Part shown: positions 17,120 through 26,217 of the stretch, piece after piece
How positions within the stretch are numbered: the stretch's first letter is position 1
Layout: every line of letters starts with the position of its first letter
Program-made: the position numbers and the translations under genes
Assembly (NCBI GenBank): GCA_003576755.1
Contig: QEVT01000002.1
Span: 346 to 64,345, forward strand
Origin: a bacterium
GTDB lineage: Bacteria; Chloroflexota; Anaerolineae; Epilineales; Epilineaceae
Reading direction: 5' to 3'
Length of the DNA: 64,000 bases
Notes under the pieces: generated by a model
What the model saw: only the letters and a program-made list of their open reading frames with translations
Told to the model about the DNA's origin: nothing
Database searches by the model: none

Positions 17120-17764
17120 ATGCTCAACGGACTGATCGATACGCTGGCGACCGCGGGCGGACCGGCGACCGCGCCCGGCTTCGCCGTCGCGCCGGGCGTC
17201 GTGACCAACAACCTGGATCTCACCGGCGAGGGGCGAGTGCAGGTGCGCGTGCCGACGCGGCCGGGGTTGGAGCCCTGGGCCAGGCTGCTGGGCGTGGGGG
17301 GGGGGCCGGATCGCGGGTTTGTCTGGACGCCTCAGGTCGACGACGAGGTGCTGGTGGCGTTCCACCACGACGACGCCACGGACGCCTACGTGCTCGGGGG
17401 CCTCTGGAACGCCCGCGACAAGGCCCCGCTCGGCGGGCCGCAGGACTTTCTGACCAAGCGCAAGCTGAAGACGGGCGTCTCCAAGGCGCCGGGCCACGAG
17501 GTCGAGTTCGACGACCTCAAGCAGTCCATCACCATCAAGACCTCTACCGGGCAAAAGGTGACGATGGACCCGACGACCATCGAGGTCGTCAACACGGCCG
17601 GAACGCTGAAGCTGACGCTCGACGACAAGACCCAGACGGTCACGCTGGAAGGCATCAACGTCGAGATCAAAGCCACGGCCAGGCTGACGATCAGCGCCAT
17701 GAACGTCGACATCAAAGGCGACGCGCTGACAAGCGTCAGCGGCAGCCTCGTGAAGATCAACTAG
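17120..17764 (+). CDS. Central spike, gpV/gp5-like (VgrG C-terminal-part equivalent, Afp8-like)
   Basis: APGVVTNNLDLTGEGRVQVRVP...DDEVLVAFHHDDATDAYVLGGLWN is the gpV OB-fold signature. A beta-helical repeat tail follows (TIKTSTGQKVTMD...TLEGINVEIKA...NVDIKG). Confidence 0.8.
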   Translation: MLNGLIDTLATAGGPATAPGFAVAPGVVTNNLDLTGEGRVQVRVPTRPGLEPWARLLGVGGGPDRGFVWTPQVDDEVLVAFHHDDATDAYVLGGLWNARDKAPLGGPQDFLTKRKLKTGVSKAPGHEVEFDDLKQSITIKTSTGQKVTMDPTTIEVVNTAGTLKLTLDDKTQTVTLEGINVEIKATARLTISAMNVDIKGDALTSVSGSLVKIN

Positions 17765-17776
17765 GAGCGAATCACC

Positions 17777-18073
17777 ATGCCTTCTGCGGCCCGCATGGGC
17801 GATCTGACCAGCCACGGCACGCCGCTGACTCCCGGTCCGGGCAGCCCGACGGTCTTGATCGGCGGCCTGCCCGCATGGCGGGCGACGGCGGACTTCCACA
17901 CCTGCCCGCTGTTCGACGGCCCCAAGCCGCACGTCGGCGGCGTCGTGGCCAAGGGCAGCCTGACGGTGCTGATCAACGGCCTGCCGGCCGCCCGGCAGGG
18001 CGACATGGTCGTCGAGGCCGGCCCGCCCAACACCATCGCCATGGGCCTGGCGACGGTACAGATCGGGGGCTGA
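17777..18073 (+). CDS. PAAR-repeat spike-tip protein (Afp10-like)
   Basis: 98 aa. The motifs are ARMGDLTSHG...PTVLIGGLPAWR...VLINGLPAARQGD. Confidence 0.85.
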   Translation: MPSAARMGDLTSHGTPLTPGPGSPTVLIGGLPAWRATADFHTCPLFDGPKPHVGGVVAKGSLTVLINGLPAARQGDMVVEAGPPNTIAMGLATVQIGG

Positions 18074-18075
18074 CG

Positions 18076-18495
18076 ATGCGCTTCAACGTCGAGCCGGCGA
18101 AGGCGTTCCTGGGTGTCGGGTGGGCGTTCCCGCCCGGCCTCGAAGCCGATGGCACCATCGCCGAGGCGGCCTACGACGAGGACATCCGTCAGGCCATCCG
18201 GATCATCATGTTCACCAATCGCGGCGAGCGCGTGATGCGGCCGGACTTCGGCGCGGGCCTCAAGGACTTCGTCTTCGAGCCGGTCAACACGTCGACCCTT
18301 GCCGCGGTGCAGACACGGGTGCAGGACGCGCTGACCATCTGGGAACCGCGGATCGACGTCCTGTCGGTGCAGGTCGCGACGGACCCGGCGGAGCGCAACA
18401 CGCTGAACATCCATGTCACCTACCGCGTGCGGGTCACCAACACCGTAGAGAACCTGGTCTATCCGTTCTATCTCGAAGAAGGAAGGCCGGCGTGA
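18076..18495 (+). CDS. Baseplate wedge protein gpW/gp25-like (Afp9)
   Basis: GVGWAFPP...IRQAIRIIMFTNRGERVMRPDFGAGLKDFVFEP...ALTIWEPRI is the GPW_gp25 lysozyme-like fold signature. Confidence 0.9.
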   Translation: MRFNVEPAKAFLGVGWAFPPGLEADGTIAEAAYDEDIRQAIRIIMFTNRGERVMRPDFGAGLKDFVFEPVNTSTLAAVQTRVQDALTIWEPRIDVLSVQVATDPAERNTLNIHVTYRVRVTNTVENLVYPFYLEEGRPA

Positions 18496-21400
18496 CGACG
18501 ACCCGGATCAAGCCGGTTCTGGACGCGCGCGCCGGGCTGGCGCTGCGCGATGCCCTCCTGGCACGCCGCGCCGGCTATCTTCCCGGCTGGCACCCTGAAG
18601 GCACGCGGGTGGATGCGGGGCTCATCCAGGTGGCGGCCAGCTACGCGCAGACCATCCTGCGCCGCCTGGACCGCAGCCTGGACCGCAACGAGCTGGCCTT
18701 TCTGGACCTTCTCGGCATCCAGCTCATCCCCGCGCGGGCCGCCAGGGCACCGATCGTCTTCGAGCTTGCCGCCGGGGCCCAGGACAGCCGCGTGCCGGCG
18801 GGCACGCGCGTCGCCGCGCCGCCTCCCCCCGGCGGCACCGATCAGCTCGTGTTCGAGACCGAGCGCGCCGTCGGCCTGGCCGGAGCCAGGCTGGCCCAGG
18901 TCTTCAGCCTCGTGCCGGGCCGCGACGGCTACATCGACCACACGCCGGCGCTCGCCGAGAAGAAGCCCATGCGCCTGTTCGACCCGCGCGCGCTGCGCAC
19001 GACGCCGCACGCGATCTATCTGGCGCACGACACGCTCTTGGCGCTTTCGGGCAACACGACGGTGGAGGTGCTCTTCGACCTCCTGGAGGGTGCGAGCGAG
19101 TCGATCGACCTGACGTGGGAGTACTGGGATGGCAAGGTCTGGCGCGAGTTCAAGTCGGCCCGCCGCGAGTGCGACGAGGTCGAGGCGCGGCGGCTAGATG
19201 GGACGGAGGGACTGCGGCACGGCGGCAAGGTGCGCCTCGAGGCGGACTTCGCCAAGTCCGAGAAGACCACGGTCAACGGCATCGAGGCCTTCTGGGTGCG
19301 CGGGCGCCTGGCGGACGACCGGACGCTGGCGCCGGGCGCGGTGGCGATCCTGCCCGAGGTGGACCAGATCAAGCTGCAGAATGAGACGGGACACGGGCTG
19401 TCGTTGGGCCATCTCGGCGTGACTTACAACGTCGATGGCGCCGACAACGCTGGCGTCTTCCAGTTGCAGGGCGTTTCCTTGACGGTTTCTATCACCGACG
19501 CCGATGGAGCGCCTCAACCAGGAGTTCCTGTACGTATTGACGAGGGTAACGGACCCAGACCTGGTACGACCGATGCTACCGGCTCGCTCACGTTTACAGT
19601 GGCCATTCCTACGAACCCGGCACAGATGTCCATGGCGGTCACGATCGGCGCAACAGTCCCCAACACCTTGGACGTCCCCATCGACCACGAGTACCCCTTG
19701 ACCATTGACCTCTCCCACAAGCACTTGAGATCGATTCCACACACAACGTTGCTGGATGGTGTCCGTCTCGACAAGGCCTTCGCTGGCCCGGACAAGATCG
19801 ATCTTACCGGCACGTTACAGCCTTTCGGCCCGCAAGTGGTCGCGGGGGGCGCCTTCTACTTCACATGTGAAGAGGTGTTCTCGAAGCCGGGTGCCAGTTT
19901 TAAGGTCGGTGTGGCAATCGCCGCACCGGTTCAACCCGTGGCCAAGTTCCAGGTCTTGCCGGACAAGGTAGAACACGAGCTGGCATGGGAGTATTACGAT
20001 GGCCGGGATTGGAAGTGCGTCCGGTCTTCCAAGGGGGACAGCGGCGCAGGCAACACCGCTGCGGAACGGTTCACGAAGTCGGGCATCATCGAGGGGTTCG
20101 TCGTCCATCCCGACATGGCCAAGGTGAAGGTCAACGGCGACGAGCAGCTGTGGATGCGCGTGCGCGTGGTCAACGGCAGCTTCGGTATCATCCAACAAGT
20201 GCAGGCTGCTCCACCAGTCAAGGCCTTCTTCCCCCAGCCCCCCGCCCTCTCCGACTTCCGCATCGGCTACGTGTGGAAGCCGGCTCCGGAGTTCCCGAAG
20301 CATGTGATCACGCACAACGACTTCCAGTACGTCGACGAGACCGAGACGGCCAAGTGGCCGGGCAAGGCGCTGAAGCCGTTCACGCCGGTGGACGATATCA
20401 CGGCGGCGCTCTACCTCGGGTTCGACCGCGCCCTCCCCGTCGATGCGCTGAGCCTGTATATCGACGCCGAAGAGCAGTCGGCGGCGGGCGGCGGTCCGGC
20501 GCAGGTGTGGGAGTACTGGGACGGCGGCGGCTGGCAGGCACTGGCGGGGGTCGAGGACGAGACGCGCCGGCTGCGGTCGCCGGGCATGCTGGCGCTGATC
20601 GGTCCGGCGGATGGCGAAGCGCTGGCGCGGTTCGGCACACCGCTCCACTGGGTGCGCGCGCGGCTCAAGGAGGACGAGCCGCCCGGCGTGCCGGTGATCA
20701 ACGCCATCCACATGAACGCGGTGTGGGCGTCGCAGAACCAAACCATCGTCAACGAGCCGCTCGGCGCGAGCACCGGCCAGACCAACCAGGGGTTCGCGTT
20801 TCGCCAGGTTCCGGTGTTGGAGGGCCAGGTCATCGAAGTGCGGGAGCTTGCGGGCCGCCGCGCCGACGTCGAATGGCGGATCGTGGCGCTGGACGTCCTC
20901 AACGGCGACGAGCGCGCCGTGCGCGATATCGAAGACATGCTGGCCGCGGACGGTACGCCGCTGGAGTTCGAGTACGGTACGCTGCGGTTCAAGCGCGATC
21001 GCCAGAAGCGGGTCACCGAGGTATGGGTGCGCTGGGAGGAGCCGGCGCGCGGGCACATGCGGTTCTCGGCGTCGGGCGATCGCCACTACACCGTCGACCG
21101 GGCGCGTGGGCGCGCCGCGTTCGGCGACGGCCACAGGGGCAGGGTACCACCGGTCGGCGCGCCCATCCTGGCGCGCCGCTATCGGACCGGCGGCGGGGTC
21201 GCCGGCAACGCCGCCGCCGAAGCCATTAACCAGGTGCTGGGGGCGGTCGGCGCCGTCGAGAAGGTCTTCAACCCGCGGCCGGCGCAGGGCGGGGCAGACG
21301 GCGAGCTGGCCGAGACGGTGCTGCTGCGCGGCCCGCAGACCGTCCGCCATCGCGGCCGTGCCGTGGCGGGTCCGGACTTCGCGACGATGGCGCGCGAGGC

Positions 21401-21938
21401 GGCGTCGAGCGTCGCCGTCGCCCGGGCGATCCCCGGCCGCGATCCGTCCGGGCGCCGGGCGCCGGGCTGGGTGACCGTGGTGATCATCCCGCAGAGCGCC
21501 GAATCCCGGCCATGGCCGTCCTTCGGCCTGCGCGAGGCTGTGCGCCGCTACATCGCCCGTCATGCCGCCGCCGACCTGGTGGCAGCCGACCGCATTTATG
21601 TCACCGGTCCCGTCTACGTCCCGGTCGACATCGATGCCGAGATAGCCGTCCGCGATGCCTCGACGGCCGGCGCCGTCGAACAGGCGGCGCGGGGCGCCAT
21701 CGCGGCGTTCCTGCACCCGCTGAGCGGCGGCGCCGACGGCCGCGGCTGGCAGCCGGGCCGCGCGGTCTACCTCTCGGATGTGGCGGCGGTGCTGGAGCGC
21801 GTGTCCGGGGTGGACTACGCCGTGAGCGTGGCGCTGCTGCGCGACGGCGCCGTGCAGGGACTTTCGGCGCGGGTGCCGGAAGATGGGACCGTCGTGGCCG
21901 GCGACATCCGGCTCAAGCTCCGATCGAGCGAGGCGTGA
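18492..21938 (+). CDS. Large baseplate wedge protein, gpJ/gp6-like (Afp11-like), 1,148 aa
   Basis: GTG at 18492 overlaps the gp25 TGA. The N-terminal pattern is LRDALLARRAGYLPGWHPEG...ELAFLDLLGIQLIPARAARAPIVFEL. The C-terminus is baseplate-J-like (VTVVIIPQS...YVTGPVYVPVDI). Confidence 0.8.
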   Translation: MTTTRIKPVLDARAGLALRDALLARRAGYLPGWHPEGTRVDAGLIQVAASYAQTILRRLDRSLDRNELAFLDLLGIQLIPARAARAPIVFELAAGAQDSRVPAGTRVAAPPPPGGTDQLVFETERAVGLAGARLAQVFSLVPGRDGYIDHTPALAEKKPMRLFDPRALRTTPHAIYLAHDTLLALSGNTTVEVLFDLLEGASESIDLTWEYWDGKVWREFKSARRECDEVEARRLDGTEGLRHGGKVRLEADFAKSEKTTVNGIEAFWVRGRLADDRTLAPGAVAILPEVDQIKLQNETGHGLSLGHLGVTYNVDGADNAGVFQLQGVSLTVSITDADGAPQPGVPVRIDEGNGPRPGTTDATGSLTFTVAIPTNPAQMSMAVTIGATVPNTLDVPIDHEYPLTIDLSHKHLRSIPHTTLLDGVRLDKAFAGPDKIDLTGTLQPFGPQVVAGGAFYFTCEEVFSKPGASFKVGVAIAAPVQPVAKFQVLPDKVEHELAWEYYDGRDWKCVRSSKGDSGAGNTAAERFTKSGIIEGFVVHPDMAKVKVNGDEQLWMRVRVVNGSFGIIQQVQAAPPVKAFFPQPPALSDFRIGYVWKPAPEFPKHVITHNDFQYVDETETAKWPGKALKPFTPVDDITAALYLGFDRALPVDALSLYIDAEEQSAAGGGPAQVWEYWDGGGWQALAGVEDETRRLRSPGMLALIGPADGEALARFGTPLHWVRARLKEDEPPGVPVINAIHMNAVWASQNQTIVNEPLGASTGQTNQGFAFRQVPVLEGQVIEVRELAGRRADVEWRIVALDVLNGDERAVRDIEDMLAADGTPLEFEYGTLRFKRDRQKRVTEVWVRWEEPARGHMRFSASGDRHYTVDRARGRAAFGDGHRGRVPPVGAPILARRYRTGGGVAGNAAAEAINQVLGAVGAVEKVFNPRPAQGGADGELAETVLLRGPQTVRHRGRAVAGPDFATMAREAASSVAVARAIPGRDPSGRRAPGWVTVVIIPQSAESRPWPSFGLREAVRRYIARHAAADLVAADRIYVTGPVYVPVDIDAEIAVRDASTAGAVEQAARGAIAAFLHPLSGGADGRGWQPGRAVYLSDVAAVLERVSGVDYAVSVALLRDGAVQGLSARVPEDGTVVAGDIRLKLRSSEA

Positions 21939-21940
21939 TC

Positions 21941-24166
21941 ATGGCGCTGCCGATGCCGAACCTCGACGATCGCCGCTGGGCCGACCTGGTCGAGGAAGGC
22001 CGCGCCCTCTTGCCGGTCTACGCGCCGGACTGGACCGACCACAACGACTCGGACCCCGGCATCACGTTCATCGAGCTCTTGGCCTGGATCGCCGAGATGG
22101 ACGTGTATCGGGTCAACCTCATCCCGGAGCGCCATCGGCGGAAGTTCCTGGCGCTGGCGGGGATCCGCCTACGGCCGCCCGCACCGGCACGCACGGTGCT
22201 GGGTCTTGGCTTCGACGCGACGAAGGTCGGATCGCAGCCGTTCCGGCTGCCCGCCGGCACGGAGTTCGCCGGCACCGACGTCTTCGGCGTCCGAACGCTG
22301 TTTCGCGCCAAGCATGCCGTGACGGTCGCTCCGGCGAGGCTCGAGTCGATCCAGCGCGAGATCGAGGGGCGGTTCCACGACGTGACGGGGCTTCCCGCCG
22401 CCGGCGAGCCGCTGCGGCCCTTCGGCGATGACCCCCGCCCGGGCGCCGCGCTCTACCTTGGCTTCGACGTCGCGTTCCCGCGGGACGAACCGGTGAGCCT
22501 CTACTTCCTTGGCGCGGATGCGGCTGTGAGCGCGACCGAACGCCGATCTCTGATCCGTGAGTGGTCGGCGAACCACGAGGGGTGTGACGAGCTGTCCGGC
22601 ACGATGGGGTGTGTTCGTGTTCCCGCCGGCAACGCGACGGCGTCGGCGCTGCCGTGCGCCGATACACAGATCGTCCTGCCTGGGGCTATGGCGTCGCGCC
22701 CGGCCACGACGTCGTCGCGGCGCATCGACAAGGCTGCGGCACTGAGGCACCACTCGGTGCGCACGGTATGGGAGATTGCGGTGGCGCCGGGCGTGTGGCG
22801 GACGCTGGATCCCGACCGGGGCGAAGTGCGCGACGGCACGCGGGCGTTCACGCTCGACGGGCGGGTCGTCCTCCGGGCGCCGGCGGCCATGATCGGTCAG
22901 GCGATGGGGTCGGTGCGGGCCAATCGCTACTACGTACGCTGCCGGCTGGCCGCGGGGCAGTACGACGCGGCGCCGGCGATCCACCACGTCATCGTGAACG
23001 GTGTGCGCGTGGAACAGGCGGTCGAGAGCGGGGGGGAAGGCATCGCGGCCGGCGGGGCCATCGGCACCGGCGAGCCGTTCCAGCGCATCGCGCTGCCCGA
23101 GAAGCCGGTGATCGCCTCCAGCGTGCGGCTGTTCACGGAGCCTGGGCCCGATGGGACGTGGGCGCTGTGGGAGCGGCGCGATGACCTCGACGCGTCGTCG
23201 CCGACGGACCGACACTTCGTGCTGGATGCTACCGCTGGCGAGATCACGGTCGGCGATGGGGCCCATGGGTCGACCGTGGGGGAAGGCAGCGAGATTCAGG
23301 TGGACTACCGTGTGACCCGCGCCGAAGCCGGCAACGTGCCCGCCGGGACCATCCGGGCGCTGGCCGGCAAGGACAGGTTCCGGCATTGGGAGGCGCTTGT
23401 CGCGGCGGTCGAGGACCGGGTCGCGGAAATGGAGCGATCGACGCCCGGCCTGTCGGTCGGTGCCGCGGACGCCTTGTCATGGATCGACGCGCTCGTGGTG
23501 TCGCAGCCGTTTCCGGCCGCCGAAGGCGCGGCTGCCGAGACGCTGGCCCATGCTGAGGGCCGCGCAATCGAACGGATGGAGGAACGAACCCGGGCGGTGA
23601 CGCTGGAGGACTTCGAGCAGGTCGCGCTTCACACGCCCGGCGTCCGGCTGGCACGGGCGCATGCGTGCGCCAACGTACATCCGCGCCTGCCTTGCTACCG
23701 TGCGCCGGGCATCGTCACGGTGGTCGTGATCCCCCATCTGCCCCAGGCGCGGCCGATGCCGTCGGCCGAGCTGCGGCGCACGGTCGCGTCCTACCTGGCC
23801 CGTCGGCGTCTGATCGGCTCGCGCATCGAGGTGGTCGGCCCGACGTATCACGTCGTCACGGTGCGCGCCAAGGTGCAGTTGCTTTCTGGGGTCGGCCCTG
23901 GCGGCGCACGTGAGCGGATCGCGGCAAGTCTGGAGCGGTTCTTCCACCCGCTGAAAGGCGGCACGGACCAAGAGGGCTGGCCTCTCGGTCGGGATGTCTA
24001 CCGTTCGGAGGTGTTGCAGGTGATCGACGAGACGGCGGGCGTGGACTTCGTCGTGGACCTCGAGCTGGTGGACGAGGATGGGCTGGCGTCGTGTGCCAAC
24101 CTCTGCATCGGGCCGTTCGGCCTGGTGGCGTCCGGCCGGCACGCCATCGAAGTGAGGCAGCCATGA
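21941..24166 (+). CDS. Second gpJ-like 'putative baseplate assembly protein' (Afp12/gp7-position), 741 aa
   Basis: ATG lies 2 nt after the upstream stop. PNLDDRRWADLVEEGRALLPVYAPDWTDHNDSDPGITFIELLAWIAEMDVYRVN is the conserved N-terminus of this baseplate family. The C-terminus is IVTVVVIPHLP...IEVVGPTYHVVTV. Confidence 0.8.
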   Translation: MALPMPNLDDRRWADLVEEGRALLPVYAPDWTDHNDSDPGITFIELLAWIAEMDVYRVNLIPERHRRKFLALAGIRLRPPAPARTVLGLGFDATKVGSQPFRLPAGTEFAGTDVFGVRTLFRAKHAVTVAPARLESIQREIEGRFHDVTGLPAAGEPLRPFGDDPRPGAALYLGFDVAFPRDEPVSLYFLGADAAVSATERRSLIREWSANHEGCDELSGTMGCVRVPAGNATASALPCADTQIVLPGAMASRPATTSSRRIDKAAALRHHSVRTVWEIAVAPGVWRTLDPDRGEVRDGTRAFTLDGRVVLRAPAAMIGQAMGSVRANRYYVRCRLAAGQYDAAPAIHHVIVNGVRVEQAVESGGEGIAAGGAIGTGEPFQRIALPEKPVIASSVRLFTEPGPDGTWALWERRDDLDASSPTDRHFVLDATAGEITVGDGAHGSTVGEGSEIQVDYRVTRAEAGNVPAGTIRALAGKDRFRHWEALVAAVEDRVAEMERSTPGLSVGAADALSWIDALVVSQPFPAAEGAAAETLAHAEGRAIERMEERTRAVTLEDFEQVALHTPGVRLARAHACANVHPRLPCYRAPGIVTVVVIPHLPQARPMPSAELRRTVASYLARRRLIGSRIEVVGPTYHVVTVRAKVQLLSGVGPGGARERIAASLERFFHPLKGGTDQEGWPLGRDVYRSEVLQVIDETAGVDFVVDLELVDEDGLASCANLCIGPFGLVASGRHAIEVRQP

Positions 24167-25128
24167 ACGCGTTCGATCGCCGTGCGCTCGAACGCGTGCG
24201 GCACCTCCCGGGCGAACGCCTGCGCGGGCGCGACTTCCGGGCACAGGCGGCCATCGACGATCAGCTGCGTTGGTGGCACAACCGCGCGCTGCATCAGGCC
24301 TATGGCGTGGCGACGGGCATGGAGGTGCGGGATTCGGCGACGATGAAGCGCCCGATGGTAGGTGCGGCGGCTGTCGAGATCAGCCCCGGCGTCGCTTATG
24401 ACGCCTATGGGCGCGAGATCATCAGCCCGTTCCCCGTTCGCCGCGCCGTGCCGAAGATCGGCGACTGGACCCTGGTCGTGTCGTACCGAATGCCCGTCCG
24501 GGTGGAACCGCCGCCGCCGCCGTCGCCGGCACCTCAGTTGCCGGCGCCCTGTCCTTCGGCGTGCGACATCGGCGGCGTTACGACGGCGGTATTCACCTGG
24601 GTGCCGCCTCCAGCGGCGCCCAGTCGAGATGCCGTATCGCTCGTGACGTTCCGAGCGAATGGGGAAGTCAAGGTCCACACGACGTTTACCCATGCGATGG
24701 CGCGACCGCTGGTCGCCAGCGGCGAAACGCGGCTGGGGTTTACGCCCTGGATCGTGTGGAAGGTCGCCGAAGTGGGATCGCTGGGATTGGAGACCGAAGT
24801 CGATACCTCCGCGGCGTTGTTCGCGCCCGAGCATGGGGTGCCCTGTTACTTCGCGTGGTTGAACGAGGTGATCGAGGTCGGACAGGGCAGTGACAAGCTT
24901 CCGCAGCCGCGCGGGTTTTTCGGTCATGTCGCTCCCGGTGCCGATCATCGGCGATTCACGTTTCGCGTGCTCATGCGGAACGTCTCCCTCACTCACGGCG
25001 AGGCTGCGAATCGATTTGGCGACACCGGGGCTTGGTTGGCGTTCGGCGAACATCTTCAGGTGTGCTGGCTCGGCGTTCAGTGTCTGACGTGCCTGAAGGA
25101 CCTGCAAGCAGAAGACTCGGGAGAGTGA
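24163..25128 (+). CDS. Fibre/baseplate-periphery candidate, paralogue 1 of a four-member family (321 aa)
   Basis: ATGA overlap with the upstream gene. It shares the N-terminal module (GERLRGRDFRAQAAIDDQLRWWHNRALHQAYGVATGMEV...GVAYDAYGREIIS) with 25132, 28524 and 29433. Confidence 0.6.
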   Translation: MNAFDRRALERVRHLPGERLRGRDFRAQAAIDDQLRWWHNRALHQAYGVATGMEVRDSATMKRPMVGAAAVEISPGVAYDAYGREIISPFPVRRAVPKIGDWTLVVSYRMPVRVEPPPPPSPAPQLPAPCPSACDIGGVTTAVFTWVPPPAAPSRDAVSLVTFRANGEVKVHTTFTHAMARPLVASGETRLGFTPWIVWKVAEVGSLGLETEVDTSAALFAPEHGVPCYFAWLNEVIEVGQGSDKLPQPRGFFGHVAPGADHRRFTFRVLMRNVSLTHGEAANRFGDTGAWLAFGEHLQVCWLGVQCLTCLKDLQAEDSGE

Positions 25129-25131
25129 CGC

Positions 25132-26217
25132 ATGTTGACCACGGGCTCCAGCGACTTCCAGGCTCACGAGCGACCGGCGTTCTTCAACGGTCAACGCCTG
25201 CTCGCGTCCGATCTTCAAGCCGTCGAGATCGCCAACCGCGAGATGCGCTGGCTGCACAACCGCTCACTGCACCAGGTGGGCATCGGCAGCGGGCTGGCGA
25301 TCGTCGGCAACAAGGGCGATCGCGTGGTCACCGTCATGGCGGGCTACGCGATCGACGATCTTGGGCGCGAGATCGTGCTAACGGAAGCGGTCCAGCTTGC
25401 GCTCCCGCCGGTCGCCGGCGCCGGAAAGGGTACGCCCGCCATCTACGATCTCACCATCAACTACGCCGATGATGACGACCTGAACGAGGCGGAAACGCGG
25501 GCGACGATCTGCGCGCAGTCCGAGCGTGGCGCCGTGCGATTGCGCGAGGCTCCGGCACTCTGCTGGGTATTGGTCAAGACCGAGCACGAAATCTCCCCCC
25601 TCGTCAAGTCCGGTCGCCGTATCCTCTTGGGCCGCGTGCGCATCCTGAACTGCGAGCTCTTCAGCCTTGAGATCGACCGCCGCCGAAACGCCAGGCCGTC
25701 GAAGCAGCCGTACATCGCGTGCGGCGTCGCCAATCCGGTGGCGTGGACGCCTTGGACGACAAAGAACGACAAAGGAAGCGACATCATTATCGGCTTATGC
25801 GCCGAGATCGACACCTCCACGGCGCGTTTTGGAGCCGTGCCGTGCTACACCGTTCGGATCGACGGCAAGCGGCCGTTGGATTGGCGGGTGAACGCATACG
25901 TGCACTCTGCCTTTGACGGGCCGGTAACCGTTTTCGATCCCCGCTCCGATGGCTTTACGGTTGGAGTGTTGCTGATGGAGATCCCGCCGCCCAGACCTGC
26001 TCAGCCTATAGAAGTCCCGCCCGGCGGTGGGCTCAACGTGGTTCGCGAAGTGGCCATGCCGGCAGCGTCCGCGGCGACACCGGCAGCTACTGGAGCTGCC
26101 GTCGAAGGGGTCTCTATGCCGAGCGCCTCGGTCGCTGCACCGAGCGCTTCGATCACTGATGCACTCCGGCCCGTTTTTTCGCCCTGGTCCGTCGTATGGA
26201 TGGGCGTCGAGGGATGA
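25132..26217 (+). CDS. Fibre/baseplate-periphery candidate, paralogue 2 (361 aa)
   Basis: FFNGQRLLASDLQAVEIANREMRWLHNRSLHQVGIGSGLAIV...GYAIDDLGREIVL has the same N-terminal module. The start lies 3 nt after the upstream stop. Confidence 0.6.
   Translation: MLTTGSSDFQAHERPAFFNGQRLLASDLQAVEIANREMRWLHNRSLHQVGIGSGLAIVGNKGDRVVTVMAGYAIDDLGREIVLTEAVQLALPPVAGAGKGTPAIYDLTINYADDDDLNEAETRATICAQSERGAVRLREAPALCWVLVKTEHEISPLVKSGRRILLGRVRILNCELFSLEIDRRRNARPSKQPYIACGVANPVAWTPWTTKNDKGSDIIIGLCAEIDTSTARFGAVPCYTVRIDGKRPLDWRVNAYVHSAFDGPVTVFDPRSDGFTVGVLLMEIPPPRPAQPIEVPPGGGLNVVREVAMPAASAATPAATGAAVEGVSMPSASVAAPSASITDALRPVFSPWSVVWMGVEG

Noticed and set aside
16953-17135. A 60-codon ORF (MPKAWRAPW...MRAMRRSGVAMVRSDVMVRRK...) spans the gpD-gpV spacer.
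   Set aside because: It overlaps the ends of both flanking genes, is extremely Arg/Met-rich because of the GATG repeats, and has no RBS. The repeat itself is reported as a finding instead.
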